Shown here in pieces: positions 44,456 to 46,072 of a stretch of 46,072 bases of DNA. A program made the position numbers and the translations under genes. The notes under the pieces are model-generated. The model was not told the origin of the DNA. It made no database searches and worked only from the letters and a program-made list of their open reading frames with translations. Origin of the DNA: a virus (taxonomy: Duplodnaviria; Caudoviricetes); the IMG/VR virus record IMGVR_UViG_3300042196_000420, positions 1 through 46,072 of that record, one strand, 5' to 3'. Each line of letters opens with the position of its first letter. Positions within the stretch are counted from its first letter, which is position 1.

Positions 44456-46072
44456 ATGAGCAAATACAAACAGTTAGGCAATAACGGGGCCAAGCAAAAC
44501 GGCAAGCCCCGGGTTGCTTTCTACACACGCATCTCGACAGACGAAGACCATCAGAAATACTCCCTCGGGGCCCAGAACGAACGGCTTGAGGCATTCTGCA
44601 AGGCCCAGTATGGAGACGATTGGGTGCTCCATAAGCTCTACCGGGATACCGAGAGCGGAACTCACATGAACCGCCCCGGCCTCGAGGAGATGCTCTATGA
44701 TGCGGAGAACAAGTTATTTGACATCCTCATGGTCTTCCGCGTTGACCGTCTCTCCCGCAAAGTCCGGGAGCTTGCTCAGATGGTGGACGAGCTTACGAAG
44801 AACACTGTCGCGCTTAAAAGCATAACCGAGCCCTTTGATACCACGAATGCCGCCGGAAAGATGATGCTCCAGATGCTTGGCGTATTCGCCGAGTTCGAGC
44901 ATACAACGATAGTTGAGCGCACAAAGGTCGGGCTTGAGAGAAAGGCCAGAACCGGCAGGTTCGTTGGAGGATATGTCCCATTCGGTTATACCCTCGACCC
45001 GGAGAAGGGACTCGTCATAAACGAGGACGAGGCACTTCTCATAAAGAAGATGTTCCAAATGTATACCTTCGGGAAAGACGGTGCATGGGCAATCTCCAGC
45101 GATCTCAATCAGTCAGGCTACCGGAAACGAAGCGGCAAGAAGTGGGACAAGAGGATAATCCTTCACATCCTCAGAAACCCGGTCTATATCGGAAAGCTCA
45201 GGTGGAATGAAGTCCTCTACGAAGGAAATCACGAGCCGTTAATCTCCGAGGTCGTATTCGATAAGGCAGGAGAGGTTCTCGACAAGCGAAACGAGGAATT
45301 GAAAGGACGCCAGTTCAATAATGGAGATGAACGACTGCTGTCCGGCATCATGAAGTGCGCCAAGTGCGGCTCCCACATGTTCGGGGGTGGAGGGAAAAAT
45401 AAGAACGGGCAGTATATCCCCTACTACATGTGCTCGAAGCGTTTCACCCAGCATGAGTGCGACCAGCACTACATAAGGGCCGACATCATTGAGGCATCCA
45501 TCATCGAGGACGTGAAGAGCATCTTCCGGGACGAGCAGCTCATTGCCCGGATATGGCAGAAGGCAAACAGTATGCTTGATGCTGAGAAGCCTGATATAGA
45601 TAAGGAGATAAGCGCACTCGAAGACCGGGCAATCAAGGCTCAGGCCCGGATAGATAAATACTTCGAGGCGTTCGAGGAGGGGAAGCTCAAGCCCGAGGTC
45701 TGCAACGAGAAGGTCGAAGAGCTGAACGTCCAGATAAAGGAGCTTGAGGCCAAGAAGAAGGAATTAGAGGCCAGAAGAAAACGCATCGAGCTTCCGGCGC
45801 TCGATAAGGAGATGATTGGAAAGATAGTGGATAACCTCGATGCGGTCATGGCGGGCGGGGACAACAAAAAGAGAAAGCACCTTCTTAACTTGCTGGTCAA
45901 GAAGGTGCTTATACATGACAGGCGAACCATCGAGGTCTGGTATTCGATACCCAACTCGCCTGCTTATACCCATCAGGGCCGACAGGCAGGTTGTAAACCA
46001 GACGGCGAACGGTTCGAAACCTGGGACATTTGGCTCCTGGGGAGGGATTCGAACCCCCGACCAAGTGGTTAA
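44456..46072 (+). CDS. Large serine recombinase / integrase
   Basis: FYTRISTD, VDRLSR, AEFE, PFGY, LRNPVYIG, Zn ribbon CAKCG..YYMC..C, coiled coil; likely start 44456. Confidence 0.96.
   Translation: MSKYKQLGNNGAKQNGKPRVAFYTRISTDEDHQKYSLGAQNERLEAFCKAQYGDDWVLHKLYRDTESGTHMNRPGLEEMLYDAENKLFDILMVFRVDRLSRKVRELAQMVDELTKNTVALKSITEPFDTTNAAGKMMLQMLGVFAEFEHTTIVERTKVGLERKARTGRFVGGYVPFGYTLDPEKGLVINEDEALLIKKMFQMYTFGKDGAWAISSDLNQSGYRKRSGKKWDKRIILHILRNPVYIGKLRWNEVLYEGNHEPLISEVVFDKAGEVLDKRNEELKGRQFNNGDERLLSGIMKCAKCGSHMFGGGGKNKNGQYIPYYMCSKRFTQHECDQHYIRADIIEASIIEDVKSIFRDEQLIARIWQKANSMLDAEKPDIDKEISALEDRAIKAQARIDKYFEAFEEGKLKPEVCNEKVEELNVQIKELEAKKKELEARRKRIELPALDKEMIGKIVDNLDAVMAGGDNKKRKHLLNLLVKKVLIHDRRTIEVWYSIPNSPAYTHQGRQAGCKPDGERFETWDIWLLGRDSNPRPSG
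46031..46072 (-). tRNA. 3' half of a tRNA, probably tRNA-Asn(GTT), truncated by window edge; likely att site
   Basis: Minus strand TTAACCACTTGGTCGGGGGTTCGAATCCCTCCCCAGGAGCCA: T-loop GTTCGAAT, CCA end, G discriminator, (G)TTAA anticodon loop. Confidence 0.85.

Larger units (their letters stand above)
1..46072. mobile_element. Temperate myovirus prophage (lysis to integrase), right end at a tRNA att site; left att not in window
   Basis: Complete ordered modules for lysis, tail, head, packaging, replication, regulation and integration; tRNA 3' half abutting the integrase. Confidence 0.93.

Overview
The window is a near-complete temperate myovirus prophage. Almost all genes are on the minus strand; only a large serine integrase is on the plus strand. 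The integrase runs into the antisense of a tRNA 3' half (probably tRNA-Asn) at the right edge, the likely att end. From right to left: integrase | XRE repressor + ImmA/IrrE protease, stand-alone GIY-YIG, two unknown proteins | Com-like zinc ribbon, sigma-70-like factor | recombination/replication (PD-(D/E)XK exonuclease, AAA_24/Sak4-like ATPase, DUF669, RecD2, Mom-like GNAT, ERCC4, primase-MCM-like helicase, iteron origin, SpoVG, Gam-like) | terminases | a second short serine recombinase | head (portal, MuF, adenine MTase, protease, MCP, SAM MTase, repeat and LamG proteins) | neck | a contractile tail of eCIS (Afp/PVC/Streptomyces CIS) type | fibre, holin, amidase. The most notable signals are cis-elements that outline a multi-tier regulatory cascade: a repressor operator over a leaderless promoter, four heptamers with 11-bp phasing after a putative activator, a Com-type start-codon-sequestering leader on the sigma gene, a 42-bp motif shared by the replication operon and the integrase, and a two-state attenuator before the portal. 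Also notable are the eCIS-type tail on a capsid-bearing phage with a -1 frameshift into DUF6760, and a 20-bp element shared by both serine recombinases. All protein calls come from motif recognition by eye; no searches were run.
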